A DNA stretch of 64,000 nt. Origin: Callorhinchus milii. Lineage: Eukaryota. The notes beneath the pieces were generated by a model. That model saw only the letters and a program-made list of their open reading frames with translations, searched no databases and was not told the DNA's origin. Positions 13,610 to 25,545 of this stretch are shown here, piece by piece. The DNA is taken from assembly GCF_018977255.1 (NCBI RefSeq), contig NW_024704743.1, positions 61,010,001-61,074,000 of the forward strand. Reading direction: 5' to 3'. Positions within the stretch are counted from its first letter, which is position 1. Each line of letters starts with the position of its first letter. The position numbers and the translations under genes were made by a program.

Positions 13610-13795
13610 GCTTTTCTCTCCTCTCTCTCTAAGTCTTTAACTTCTTAAGTCTCTGTCTATGGTTTCCTGTCAATCTCTGACTTTCTGATTCTTTTTCTCT
13701 TTCAGTGTCTCTCTCTCTAACTTTCTACAGTATTTCTCTTCGTCTCTCTCTCTCTCCCTGGCTCTTACACTGACCCTCTCTCTTCCTGTCTCTTC
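13610..13795. repeat. CT-rich low-complexity tract
   Basis: Multiple (ct)n runs. Confidence 0.7.
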
Positions 13796-14584
13796 ACTGA
13801 ACCTGTAATAAATTGCTGAATAAATATACTTACCTCAAGCTGCTGGTTCAGTCACGGGGAAAAATTACATTGCAGGGAACCTCACACATATGCACACCCC
13901 TCAATGTTATTTGCCGGCACTGAATTTCTGCACCAGAACCTGACAGACGACCTACAGATCGTCAACACGTGTATACGTGGCATTCTACTGTATGTAGTTT
14001 TTACACACAGCCATAAAACCTTAACTTCAGCAATTCAATGCTCAATCAATTGCAAGCAAATGGAAAGTGCAATGACTAGTAAATCACTCAGAACTATACT
14101 TGTGTCCCAGTTGTTCTTGCATGTGTTTGAAAGACTCCCAAAAACTATAGGCTCAAGTGAGTAATGGTTGCAACCTTTGTGAGATACAGCCCAAACCAGT
14201 CATTAATTTTCGCCTGAAACACTGACATTTCTTAACCGATTTGATAAACACCTTTTTTCACCCCATTGTGTTTATTCCATACTCTCCAACACTAGGGATA
14301 ACAAATGCATCTTTAAAATAATACTTCAACACTGTTCCTCGTATCATTTCACACATGTAAAACCCTTTTGATTTCCTCATGTGAGAAATAACAATCTAGC
14401 AGTCTGCCAAATAACCATTTATGCTGTAGAATAAAATAGAACATTAATTGTGTCCCTGTCAACGAGTCTATGACTAATGCAGTATTCTGTGATAAAACAC
14501 TGTGACTGAAAATATATTTTACTCAGAAACATTACTGCATAGTTTGCCATTGAACGCAATCTGGCAAGCTTTCCTGCTGCCTGT

Positions 14585-14865
14585 CCAGTTCAGAACCACC
14601 TTTGGCTTGAAGGGCTAACGGGTGCTGAGTGGGAAGAATCCTTGACTGGTCTGCCCTCTCAAGTTCTGCCAATGAGTCAGGCAGGCTGGGCTGTCATCAG
14701 CTGTACCTTGGAGTAATGCGACCTGCCTGGCTCAGGAATTGGACTGCTGAGGGCGTCACAGATGGCTGGCTCAGCTCTGGCATTCTTTTGCCAAACATGT
14801 CACCTTGGAGCCAGTTTAGCTCCAAGAAGACCCCACTTACATCACCCCAAGGGGGATAAAAATTA
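14585..14865 (-). repeat. Unclassified interspersed repeat, copy 1 (inverted relative to copies 2-4)
   Basis: Reverse complement aligns by eye with 55495-55760 (ttggagct...gctccaaggtgacatgttt; agggcagaccagtca; ggattcttcc). Confidence 0.65.
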
Positions 14866-14911
14866 TCCATGGCGGTGGGGGGAGGGGGGATTAACTCAAA
14901 AACATTATTAA

Positions 14912-15220
14912 GCAACAACAACAAAATTACACTTGCAAAGTGCCTTTCATGTTGGAGGATGTCCCAAGGCTCTGAACAGCCGGGGATCAGGACCTGAGCA
15001 TAGGGTTGGGATGAGGGAGGGCAGAGGGGGTAGGAGGGTGGCTGAAGGCACGGTTGGAAAGGAGGGTCTGGAGTCATGCTTTGAAGGAGGCAAGAAAGGG
15101 AACAAGGCGAAGGGATTGTGGGATGGAGTTCCAAAGGGTGGGAACAGAGAGGCTGAAAGCCCAGCCACCGATGGTAGGTGGGTCGGGCGGGAGACATGGA
15201 GCAGGCCAGAGCCTGCTGAG
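14912..15220 (-). mobile_element. L2 LINE 3' fragment
   Basis: (caa)n tail and the ggctgaaagccc.gccaccgatgg motif shared with other L2 copies here. Confidence 0.85.
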
Positions 15221-16139
15221 TTAATATTTAATTATTCAGGGATCAGCTGAGCTGGATATGGTACGTTCAAGCTGTACTTAGCAGAAAGTCTAATATTTTC
15301 TGCCATTACTGTTGGACTCTACTGTTTCAGGCCAGTGATGATAGGACTATGTTGTTTCAGGTCAGAGACTAAAGGCCAGGAAACAATTTTGGAAGCTTGT
15401 AAGGTGTCAAGAGGCTACAACTTGCAATTCCGTCCCTGCACATGCTTTAGAGAACTGGCCCCACCAGCTCAAATAATGATCAAATAGTAATGGGCTCCAT
15501 CAGCACCATGCTGAGAATTTGAGAAGAGCAGACTGATTGAAAAGCTTGACATTCAATCTTCTTTAAGATTGATTTGCTTCAATTCTTCAGTATAGCTCAA
15601 GGAGTCTACCATTATTACTTAAATAAAGTGAAGGTGTATGTGCAGGAGAGTGAAGGAAAGGGAGGGATGAATAGCACACGTACTGTATAATACTCCTTAT
15701 GTAATCTTTTACATTTCTGATGATGTAGAAGCCTCTATTCGTTTGTTCTGCAGCTTCCAAGACACTCTCAATTCCAGATTTTTCTAATGTTACTAAACGG
15801 CCAATACCAAAAACTATCTAAAAGTATTAAATGCAAATAACATTAAAAAGCAGAACTCCACAATCAGGAATTTGCTTTTCTTATGGCATAGCCTAAATAT
15901 TTTATAGCTTATACGAAATGGAACAGGAAGTATAAATTGATTTTCCCACTCAACATGGCTATACTGTTGAAAGTGGTTTTACTACCAGCAGAACAAGTAT
16001 GACAAATGGTCAAACTATTCTGTTTGAAAGTAAATCTATTTATTACCCAGACAGTAGCTTAAACCTCAATAGAACAAAACTAGGAAACAGGCTTTTGATT
16101 CACATTTCTAATAACTGGCCTTCAACAAATTCTGAAAAA

Positions 16140-16588
16140 TAGTCCAACTGGTGGCCCGTGGCTGTATCTGGCCCACTAAACGCTCTGTATACCCACCAAC
16201 GACTATAGGTTTCCCCCACAGACTACGGGTTTTTAGCCTCTCCTCAGGGAAAACTTCAGCCTACGGAGAGCAGAGATCGCGCTAGTCTTTTTTCAGGTAC
16301 ATGCGTAGGGTGGGGATGAACCGTGTTGTGGTGCCCGAAGGATTTAATGATTATTCTTGCATATATGAACTTTATTGATAAAAGTATATTTTGTTTTATA
16401 ATTTGTATGAATATTTACATTGCCTATTGTAATTAAAATATAGTGAATTACACAAATTAAAGCACAGGATTTCTATATGATTCTTACAGGTTATGTTTCT
16501 GGAAGGGAACACAAAATATTGCTTATGTGGCCTGCAGAAGTTTCTCGAATCTGGTATCCGGCAGAGCCAAACATTTGTTCCACCCTGA
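16140..16588. mobile_element. Probable hAT (Charlie-like) non-autonomous DNA transposon
   Basis: Left end gtccaactggtggcccgtggctgtatctggccc, right end ...gttccaccctg; internal part homologous (inverted) to 20563-20775. Confidence 0.55.
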
Positions 16589-17109
16589 ATTAAATGAATG
16601 CAATAACGTCAAAATGAACATGCACTTTTACTGAGACATAAAATATTTAAATTTGAGTAATGTTGGGTTGTTTCGTAATATAATATTTTATTTTAAATTA
16701 TCTAATGTACATTGCAGTCCAATCCAGGTTTGTTGTGATGAGTCTGACTACAAGTGCAATGCTACCATCTTAAAACATATTTATTTACCACATTTTTGAA
16801 AAATGCAAAATGCAAAGGTCACCTTTTTAACAAAGTTAGAAAGAATTGCCACAGACAACTATATGGAGTTTATGTTGGTTTGTCAAACTTGTAGCAACCT
16901 CTGTTGGTTGCTCTCAGAACTGCACTATTCCCATAAAGCCGATAATCACAAAGATGGACAAGTGAAAAGAGCATCAAAAATATAAGGCAAATGAGGCAAA
17001 TGCAATATACTGAAATTAAGATGATAAGAGGTGAATAATATTTTGTATTTTTCAGGAATGTGGTGAATAATAAATATGTTGATTAAGTAAAATAAACTAG
17101 AAAAAAATA

Positions 17110-19440
17110 AAAATGATAGCGCAGGCAATGCGTGGGAACTGCAGGACATGAGATTGTCTGGACAGTGAGACTATGCTGGATAACCAGACCTGTGAAAGAG
17201 TTTCAGTGTTGAGTCATTCCGTCTCGGTGAACTTAAAGTCATTGAGCTGAAGAGCAAGATAAGAGAGACATTCTGCAAATGAGGGGGGGGAGTGAGGGGG
17301 GGTTCAATCCAGAGAGCAGTCTCACTGCAGAGGAAGGCAGAGGAGTGCGTGACTGACAGTCAGAGGGCTAGAGGGGGACTGATAGAGGCAGGGAAGAAAG
17401 ACATTAACCTTATTCAAAAGGTACCATAGATTCGTTATCTGTGGGGTTAAGGAAGAAGACTCCAGGGAGGAAGGCTCCAGAATGGTAACCACCACACTGT
17501 GGAGAAGTGGGAATTCAAGGGGAATAACAAAATAAGAGTAATTGTAATAAGAGATTCAATTATTAGGCATATAGAGATAATCGTTTGCAGCCTTGATTGT
17601 AAGTATGTTGCCTTCCAATGTCAGGTAAGGGATATCTTGAAGTGGTGGGAAAGAACTAAGAAGGGGAGGATGAACAGTCAGTTGTTGTGGCCAAGAGGGA
17701 ACAACAACAAAATTACATTTGTATAGCGCCTTTCACATTGGGAAGATGTCCCAAGGGGCTGGACAGTTAGTGTTTCGGATCCAAATTGAGGGTTGGGATT
17801 GGGGAGAGTGGAGGGCAGGGGGGAGGGGAAGGAGGATGATCGAAAGCACGGTTGAAAAGGGGAGTCTGGAGATGGGTCTTGAAGGAGACAAGGGAGAGGG
17901 TGAGGCAGAGCGACTGCAAGAAGGAGTATAGAAAGGTGCAGGAGAGAGATCCTACAAGATGAGTATCAGAAACTAGGTGCTAGATTGAAGTGCAGGACCT
18001 CGTGATAATTTCCGGATTACTGTCTGAGCCACATGTTAACAGGTCAGGCAGTTAAAGGAATTGAACGCATAGCTGAAGGAATTGTGCGGGAGTGAGGTGT
18101 TCCATTTCATGAGGCATGGGCATCAGTGCTGGGACAGAAGAGAACTGTACCAAGAGGATGAGAGGGGATAAAGGTCCTATCTGAAAGCATAAATAGAACT
18201 GTGATTGTCAGAGGGGAGGAAAAGTACGTAAAAAACAGTGAAAGGTATGATTTTGATAAACTGCCTGTACGGCAACGCACAAAACCATAAGTAACAAAGG
18301 ACTGGGGTAGGAGAAGTTCACAGAGATAAGAAGGTGCTAGTCTATGAATGAATTTATAGATGAGAGTGAAAGACCTTGAAGTCCATTAGTTGGGAGACAT
18401 CCAAAGATACTTAAAGCAATTAGTGAAGAGATATGTGAGGGACTGGTATATTTAATATTTCTGTATAGAAAGGAATTATGCCACAGAACTGGGAAATGGA
18501 GAGTGGGGAATGTAATTCTTATTTTTAAAAAAGGCGATAGACCATATATAGTGTGAGCAAAAAGTCACTTTACCATTCCAATGTTTAACGAGGCTTAAAA
18601 AATGCTGTTTTTTTGATGATAGGGTAGTTATCATGACTTTTTGGTCACCCTACACATTAGGGTGAAGGGAGGATTGGAGGCTCATGTAGAGGAGAAACAC
18701 CAGAAAGGTTTAGTTGGGCTGTTTCTACACCATAACAGTGTCTGTAATTTTATGTAACTAATCCAGGAAACAGCAAGTCAGTTATCTTAATATGGCAATA
18801 TATTCTAGTCTATAATAAAGGATGAAATAACTAAACATCTTGAGAAGGAACACATAATTAAAAGCTTGGACTGAAGAAAAGAAGGTTGTGCTTGACCAAG
18901 CTTATTGATTTTTTTTAAAAGAAGTAACAACAAGCTACACTTGCGTAGCCCCTTTCATGTTGGGAGGACGTCGCAAGGCCCTGACACAGTTAAAGCAGTT
19001 AAGGGAATGCAGTGAATAGGGTGTATGTGGACCTCCCAAAGGCCTTTGATAAGGTGCCACCTGAGATATTTGTGGCTAAATCTTGGCATGTTGAGTCATA
19101 GGAGAGATACAATAGATCGAGACATGGCTTGAAAACAGAAATGGATTTCTACTTGTTGGCGAATTCTTAACATAAAAGGACATAAATATAAAATAGTCAC
19201 TAACAGATCTAAAAGAGAGTTTACGTGGAACATTTTTACACACAGGGTGGTGAGAATATGGTTGAAGCAGAAAGCACCAATGCATTTAAGAGAAACTTGA
19301 TCCATGTATGAGGAGGGAAGGGAAAAGAGTAATGGAGAGGATAGGGAGAGGGGATTAGGAGCGGTGAAGGCTTGTGAGTATTAATGCCAGAAAGACAAGT
19401 TGGGCCGAACTGTCTGTTTCAGTATTGTATGGTTTTAATC
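17110..19440 (+). mobile_element. Degraded, internally deleted CR1 LINE with ORF1 (esterase) and ORF2 remnants
   Basis: VIVIRDSIIR (GDS-type esterase motif) at ~17540; EYQKLGARLK and IISGLL at ~17960-18020; RT remnant gtgtatgtggacctcccaaaggcctttgataaggtgccac (VYxDxxKAFDKVP) at ~19020; CR1-type 3' end near 19400-19440. Confidence 0.8.
17700..17930 (-). mobile_element. L2 3' fragment nested in the CR1 ORF1
   Basis: acaacaacaaaattacatttgtatagcgcctttcac tail interrupts CR1 sequence. Confidence 0.8.
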
Positions 19441-20562
19441 GTATTGAGAGAAATGTCACAATTTATCATGGTATTTTACATGGTTAATGAGCCAGGGCAA
19501 TACATTAACTTCTAATAAAAAAATGACCAGACTGTAAACTGGGAGTTTACATCTGTGATAAAAAGTTACCCATAGATGTGGTTATTTGATGGATGTGATC
19601 CATCAGCTGAAATAGCTAACATTTAACAGTCGGCTCTTAATCCTGGCACAGCTTTACTCAAGAGGAAAGGAAATGTCCAGAACAGCTTGTGTTCTGTTTT
19701 GTTTTGCCCTAATTATAGAAGCAGTGAATTTGTGTGAAGAAAAATTCGGCAATGTGCCTGTTAATACAAGAAAGCATGTAGAAGTCCAGAATGAATCATT
19801 TTTTCTGAAAACTACTAAGTTTTTTAGATGGTGCCCACTTGACACTAGAATGATCAAAAAAGGGTTAAATACATTTTCAGTCTGCACATGTAAACTTCTG
19901 TAAATAAAGACAAAATGCTACAAGCACTGACCATCTAATGGCTCTGCGTGTATTGCAGTGTGACTGGAGAGGGCATCAGCATGCTGATATTTTTCCTCCT
20001 TCTAAGGTCCTTTGTGTGAGAGGCATCAGTTTCATATGCTTCACTTTTATCGAAGCTCAGGACTTCATTCAGTATGCCAAATGCTTGAGAATGGGTGAAA
20101 GAAATAGAAGACTGCGAGGTTGACTTCATTTTCTCCCTCCTCACCACCCGCACCCCCCAACTTCATCACTAAAAAAGTATCATCATTTTGGCCTTTCTAA
20201 GTCTTGCAATGATTGTGGTTTGTTTTCTCAACGGTCAGATCTCCAAATCTGGCAACAGTAGCCCTCAGGCAGGAGTGACCACTCTGGCACTACCAACTAC
20301 TCCAGACTAGTGCACCTGCTGACCATCGTCCAGTATCAAAAAGGATGCTGGTCCTTATAAAGCGGTTTACTGACTTCTGTGGTAAGTTTTGAGATTCAAA
20401 ATGATAGATCTTAAAAGAAGGTAAAGAATTTAAATAAAGTAAGAAAGTCTTGTTTAGAGGAGGACTGCAGAGTTTTTGACCAAACTAAATTTTGAGGAAG
20501 GAACCATTTTACACTAACAGCAGCCCAATTTTTTCATTTTTGATCTGCTAAGATTGTATAAA

Positions 20563-20775
20563 TCAGAGTCCAAGCTTTTGGTTGCTGAGGACCGGATGCC
20601 GGATTTGAGAAACATTTAAGCAATATATAAGCAATATTTTTGTGTTTCCCTTCCAGAAACATAACCCTTGAGAATCATATAGAAATCCTATGCTTTAAAT
20701 TGTGTAACTGTATTACTCAATTTTAGTTTCAATACCATGTTTAAATAGGCAACGTAAAAACCCATACAAATTTTA
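20563..20775. mobile_element. Second partial copy of the hAT-like element, inverted relative to 16140-16588
   Basis: cccttccagaaacataacc...agaatcatatagaaatcct.tgcttta is the reverse complement of ~16458-16510. Confidence 0.65.
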
Positions 20776-20794
20776 GAACAATAATACTCTTATC

Positions 20795-21500
20795 AATAAC
20801 AACAAGATTACATTTGTATAGCACCTTTCACTTTGGGAGAATGTCCCAAGGCCCTGGACAGTGTACAGCATTTCACACCTGAGCTGGGGTCGGGGGGGGG
20901 GTGGGGGTGGGGGACGGGAAGGGGGGTGGCCGATGGCATGGTTGAAGAGGAGGGTCTTGAGGCGGGACTTGAAGAGGCTAAGGAGGGGGCGAGGAGGAGT
21001 GATTGGGGGATGGAATTCCAGAGGTTGGGGGCAGAGTGGCTGAAGGCTCTCCCGCCAATGGTGGGGCGGGTGGGTCGGGGGATTTGGAGCAGGGCCGGAG
21101 CCGGCTGAGCGGAGGGAATAGGCGGACTGGTAGGGGGTTAGGAGGTCGCAGAGGTAGGGTGGGGTGAGGCCACGGAGGGCTTTGTAGAACCGTGATCTTG
21201 AACTGGATCCTCTGAAGGATAGGGAGCCAATGGAGTCGGGCGAGAATGGGGGAGAAGGGGTCACGGAGTTTGGTGCGGGAGAGGACACGGGCTGCAGAGT
21301 TCTGGATTATCTGCAGTCTGTGGAGGGAGGAGTTAGGAAGGCCGACAAGCAGGGCATTTGCATAGTTGAGCCTGGAGGTGATGAAGGCATGAACAAGAGT
21401 TTCAGCGGCCTGAGGGGTGAGGTAGTGGCGGAATTAGGCGATGTTACGGAGGTGAGGGAAGGCAGAGCGGGTCATGGCTTGGATGTGGGGAAGAAAAGAC
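20795..21500 (-). mobile_element. L2 LINE 3' portion
   Basis: YKALRGLTPPYLCDLLTPYQSAYSLRSAGS; L2 tail at ~20795. Confidence 0.9.
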
Positions 21501-22319
21501 AGTAATAATGTACATATATGCAAGAAACCATTAAATCCAGAGTAAACAATGAAAGTGAAAGAAATTATTAAGTTAATTAAAATGTAAATAATTTAATAGC
21601 CCTAATAATGAACAAAATAATGATAATCTCAAATGGAAAATTACAATTTAATTTTATGAAGTTAATTTTTATGTATTAAAATCAAAACCCAAGAGATCAA
21701 CTCAGAGGCCCCTATAGACAAAACCAAAACAGATTAATCCATAATTGGAAAACTAACAAAGGAACAAAATAAAGATACACTAAATATATAATAGTTCAAA
21801 ATAATGTCAAGAATAAACAAAAACGATTTAGAAGATTGTTTGAAAATTGCACATAATCAAATTATTTTCCATAACATACATTTTCTCAACACTTAGGCTT
21901 GGTTTATTTAAGGGCCTTTGGTCCTTCTCTCCCTTCGCACCAACAAAACAGCCCATCTGTGAAGGCCGCTGTGTGGAGCTTTCCAATGATGGTACAGAGT
22001 TTCCACAATGAGAGGTTTGCTCAGCGTCCTTCCAATGTGAAAGGCATTATAAAAATGTAATTTGTTGTTTTTATTGCGAGCAGTCAGTTAAGCCTCTGCA
22101 TCCCCCAGCCCTGTGTATTGCACTCAGGAGTCACTCTTCTCCCTCCCTCCCCCATGTAGTGCAGTCAGCAAATTCCATCAACATGCAGGTGATTGGGGCT
22201 CGCCTGCCCCCTCCCATTCTGTGTGCAGAGTGTCACGTAGCCCGGTTCCAGATCACCGTCTTGAAGTTGGGGGCCACAGAGAAAGTTACGTAAAGGAGTT
22301 GTGTCCCCTCGGAGCGAGA

Positions 22320-22770
22320 ATGTTTATGAGAATGAAGGGCTGCAGTTACAAGGAGATATTGAAGAAGCTGAGCCTGTTTTCATTGAAGCAGAGAAGGTTG
22401 AGGGGAGACCTGATAGAGGTGTACATAATCCTGAGAGGTTTTGTTAGGGTAAATAAAAAGAAGTTTTTCCATTGGTAGGGAAGACAGTAACTAGAGGCCA
22501 TAGTTATACGATTGCCACAAGAAGAGCGAACAATGCACTTAGGAGGAATTTTTCACCCAGAGTGGTTGGGATGTGGAATGCCCTGCTAAGTTGGGTGGCT
22601 GAGGCAGAGTCCATTGTAGCTTTCAAGAGGGAAAGGCAGGCATATTAAAGAGAGGGGATTGAAGAGATATATGAATAAGGTCTAAATATTGAAGTGATTT
22701 CCTTGTTCTGTGAGCCAGAGCCAGACTCAATGGACTGAATGGCCTCTTTCAGTACTGTAGATTTCTATGT
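22320..22770 (+). mobile_element. CR1 LINE 3' fragment
   Basis: YKEILKKLSLFSLKQRRLRGDLIEVYIILRGF; 3' end tggactgaatggcctct...ttctatg. Confidence 0.9.
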
Positions 22771-24369
22771 GTGTTCATGTAGAAGTCATGAAATACAGAA
22801 TACAAGTATCGCCATGTATCTATACAGAAGAAGTCAACACGCAGAACAGGAACATTTTTCATTCATCTGGGTAGCAAAGGTTATTTTTTGTGTGATATGG
22901 GAGTACTTCAACAAACCAGACTCATCCTTGAACATGGTTTTAGCAGTGTAGGAAATGTTAAAGATTCGATTTCATAGTATCATTGAATATTAAACTTTTT
23001 TTTAAAATTGAACAACGGTTAATGTTTTCACATATTCAACAAGTTGGTTTCTTTGAAAAGTGAGCATTTCTTTTTCACATTAAACTGTAGGTCTGAACTA
23101 CTTGTGACTCAAAGCCCAAGTAAGAAAACTTACTTTAATTTACACAAAATGCTCCACCTTTCAATGTTAAACTTAAAATATTTTCTCAGTGATGGTGCCA
23201 GGGTTAAACTCTTTCTGCTTTCAAGAATGTGTCACAAATTGGGACTTTCAAAGCAAAGGGTTTATAATGGATTGACTTCTGATTCCAAACAGAATCAAGC
23301 TTGTGATCTTGGTATTGTAATGGAATCCAGAATAATATTGCTCTACACTAGATCTTTCCTAATGAAAACTAATTTTCTATTAAAAATACAAGTCATAGAA
23401 ATGAAGGTGATGAAGAATGCCATGAAACAGAGAGAGCAGGACATTCCAATTCTATTATAAGAAACTGTCTCAGACTGAAATTGCTGCTTTCTTCATATTG
23501 AACTGAAGACAACTTGGACTCTGTCCTGAAAAGTTGTTGAATCTGCTGCTTCCTCAGATATTGAAGCCTTACATGAAAGTGATCCCATACTTTGGAAAGG
23601 CCCGGGTATAAAAAGCGCTCTACCTTGTCAATGCTGTGTGACCTTTGGAAAATACGCCCAAGATATAAAAGGCGTTTTCTGTTTGGAAACCTGTGTACAG
23701 CAAGCAGAGTTGCTATAGAATGGAGAATTTTCATGGAGAAACACAGATTACATCAGAGGCGCTTTTGCCAGCATAAAGCAAAGGTGATACAGGTACAGAC
23801 TGTTTAGATCTTATCGTTTTCTACAGCTGAACTGGAATGAAGAATTTTAAACCAAATGATTGAGTTAATCAGTACTTAGACCTTACGATTGAAGCAATAC
23901 CTTTCAGCAATACTGCATGTTATTTTGTTTGTCTGATAGCCAAGTGGTGGATTATGTGTCGAGCACACTCTATCTCCATGCTCTGAGAATGTGCACAACA
24001 AGCATTTGATGACTGGTCATCATGATAGGCAGAACTCCTCTTGAATGATTAAAAAATTACACAAACATGTTTAACTTTAAACATTTGAACAGGTACTGCC
24101 AGACACTGATATAAGGCTCCCCCTTGACAATTCTTACAATCAAACTGACAACATTAAATGTTTGCACATTTCAGCCTTTTATTTTTGTAAGAACTCCATG
24201 CCTATCTACTTGACTGCAGCTTCTTCCTCTCCCAATAAAATCCTTAAATCTTAAAAGTTCTCCACAAAACTTAGCAACCAGTCTCCGCCTGGCTATGACT
24301 GAAACCAAAACAGTCACCCTGAAGGTCATCAACCTTTTTGCAAGTAGGGTCTCTCAAGCTAGTGGAATA

Positions 24370-25390
24370 CAATAACAACAACAAAATTACATTTGTATAG
24401 CGGTTTCCCATCGGGAGGACATCCCAAGGCACTGGACAGTCAGTGTTTCGGACCCGAGCTGGGGGTCGGGATCCGGGAGGGTGGGAACAACAACAACAAA
24501 ATTATATTTATAGAGCGCCTTTCACATCAGAAGTACGTCCAAAAGCGTTGAACTGTCAGGTGTCGGGGCCCAAGCATGGGGAAGGGGTGGTGTAGGGGTG
24601 AGGCAAGACAGAGAGGTGGGAGAGAGACCAAAGGCACGGTCGAAGAGAAGGGTCTTGAGACTGGCCTTGAAGGATGCAAGGGAGGAAGCGAGGCGAAGGG
24701 ACCGTGGGATGGAGTTCCAGAGTGTGGGGGCAGAGAGGCTGAAAGCCCGGCCACCGATGGTTGGGCAGGTCGGGCGGGAAACATGGAAGGTGATCGAAGG
24801 CATGGTTGAAGAAGAGGGTCTTGAGATGGGTCTTGAAGGAGGCAAGGGAGGGCGCGAGGCGAAGGGACTGTGGGTTGGAGTTCCAGAGGATGGGGGCAGA
24901 GTAGCTGAAGACCCGCCCTCCAATGGTGGTGCAGGCGAGGTGGGGAACTTGAAGCAGGCTGGAGCCCGCTGAGCGGAGGGAGTGGGCAGGTTGGTAGGGG
25001 GTTAGGAGGTCGCAGCGGTAGGAAGAAGGAAGGCCATGGAGGGCCTTGAAGGTGAGGGCCAGGATCTTGAACTGTATCCTCTGTGTGATGGGAAGCCAGT
25101 GGAGTTGGGCAAGGATGGGGGTGATAGGGTCGCGGAGCCTAGTGCAGGAGAGGACACGGGCTTCAGAGTTCTGGATAACCTGTAGCCTATGGAGGGAGGA
25201 GTTGGGGAGGCTGATGAGCAGAGAGTTTGCATAGTCAAGCCTCAATGTTATGAATGCATGTATGAGGGTTTTGGCAGCCTGCGGTGTGAGACATTGGCGG
25301 AGCTGGGCGATGTTGCGGAGGTAGGGGAAGGCAGAGCTGGACATGGCACGGATATGGGGTAGAAAGAATAGTAGATGGTCAAACAGGGTC
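24370..25390 (-). mobile_element. L2 LINE 3' portion with a second L2 3' end nested at ~24487-24787
   Basis: 286-aa ORF with HAFITLRLDYANSLL...LHWLPITQRIQFKIL; two (caa)n tails at ~24370 and ~24487. Confidence 0.9.
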
Positions 25391-25464
25391 AAACAAACTA
25401 AATTCAACTGCTTCATTATTTAGCTAATTCAACAAAAATTACATTAGGAGAACCACTCCCTTAC

Positions 25465-25545
25465 CAGATCGATGAGACTTTCTTGTATTCTGTTCAGTGT
25501 GGTTCGCAGTCTGCTGCTGATTAGCCCCAACCCTGTGGATTCATA
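25465..25545 (-). CDS. VPS50: VPS50 internal exon, 81 nt ([27 protein letters not shown])
   Basis: tttacag acceptor, gtaagg donor, phase 0/0; matches vertebrate VPS50 as recalled. Confidence 0.96.

Noticed and set aside
13826..13900. Strong minus-strand donor GAG|gtaagtat as a VPS50 exon
   Set aside because: The upstream sequence has no VPS50 similarity that I could see and no clear acceptor.
19935..20153. ORF containing RRRKNISMLMPSP as the missing VPS50 exon
   Set aside because: The resemblance to ERKEKVPSP is superficial; the conserved LYGLAERVVATE motif is absent.
24556..25416. 286-aa ORF (and ORFs at 57674-58322 and 43974-45381) as host genes
   Set aside because: They are 5'-truncated or chimeric L2 ORF2 fragments and their alternative frames.
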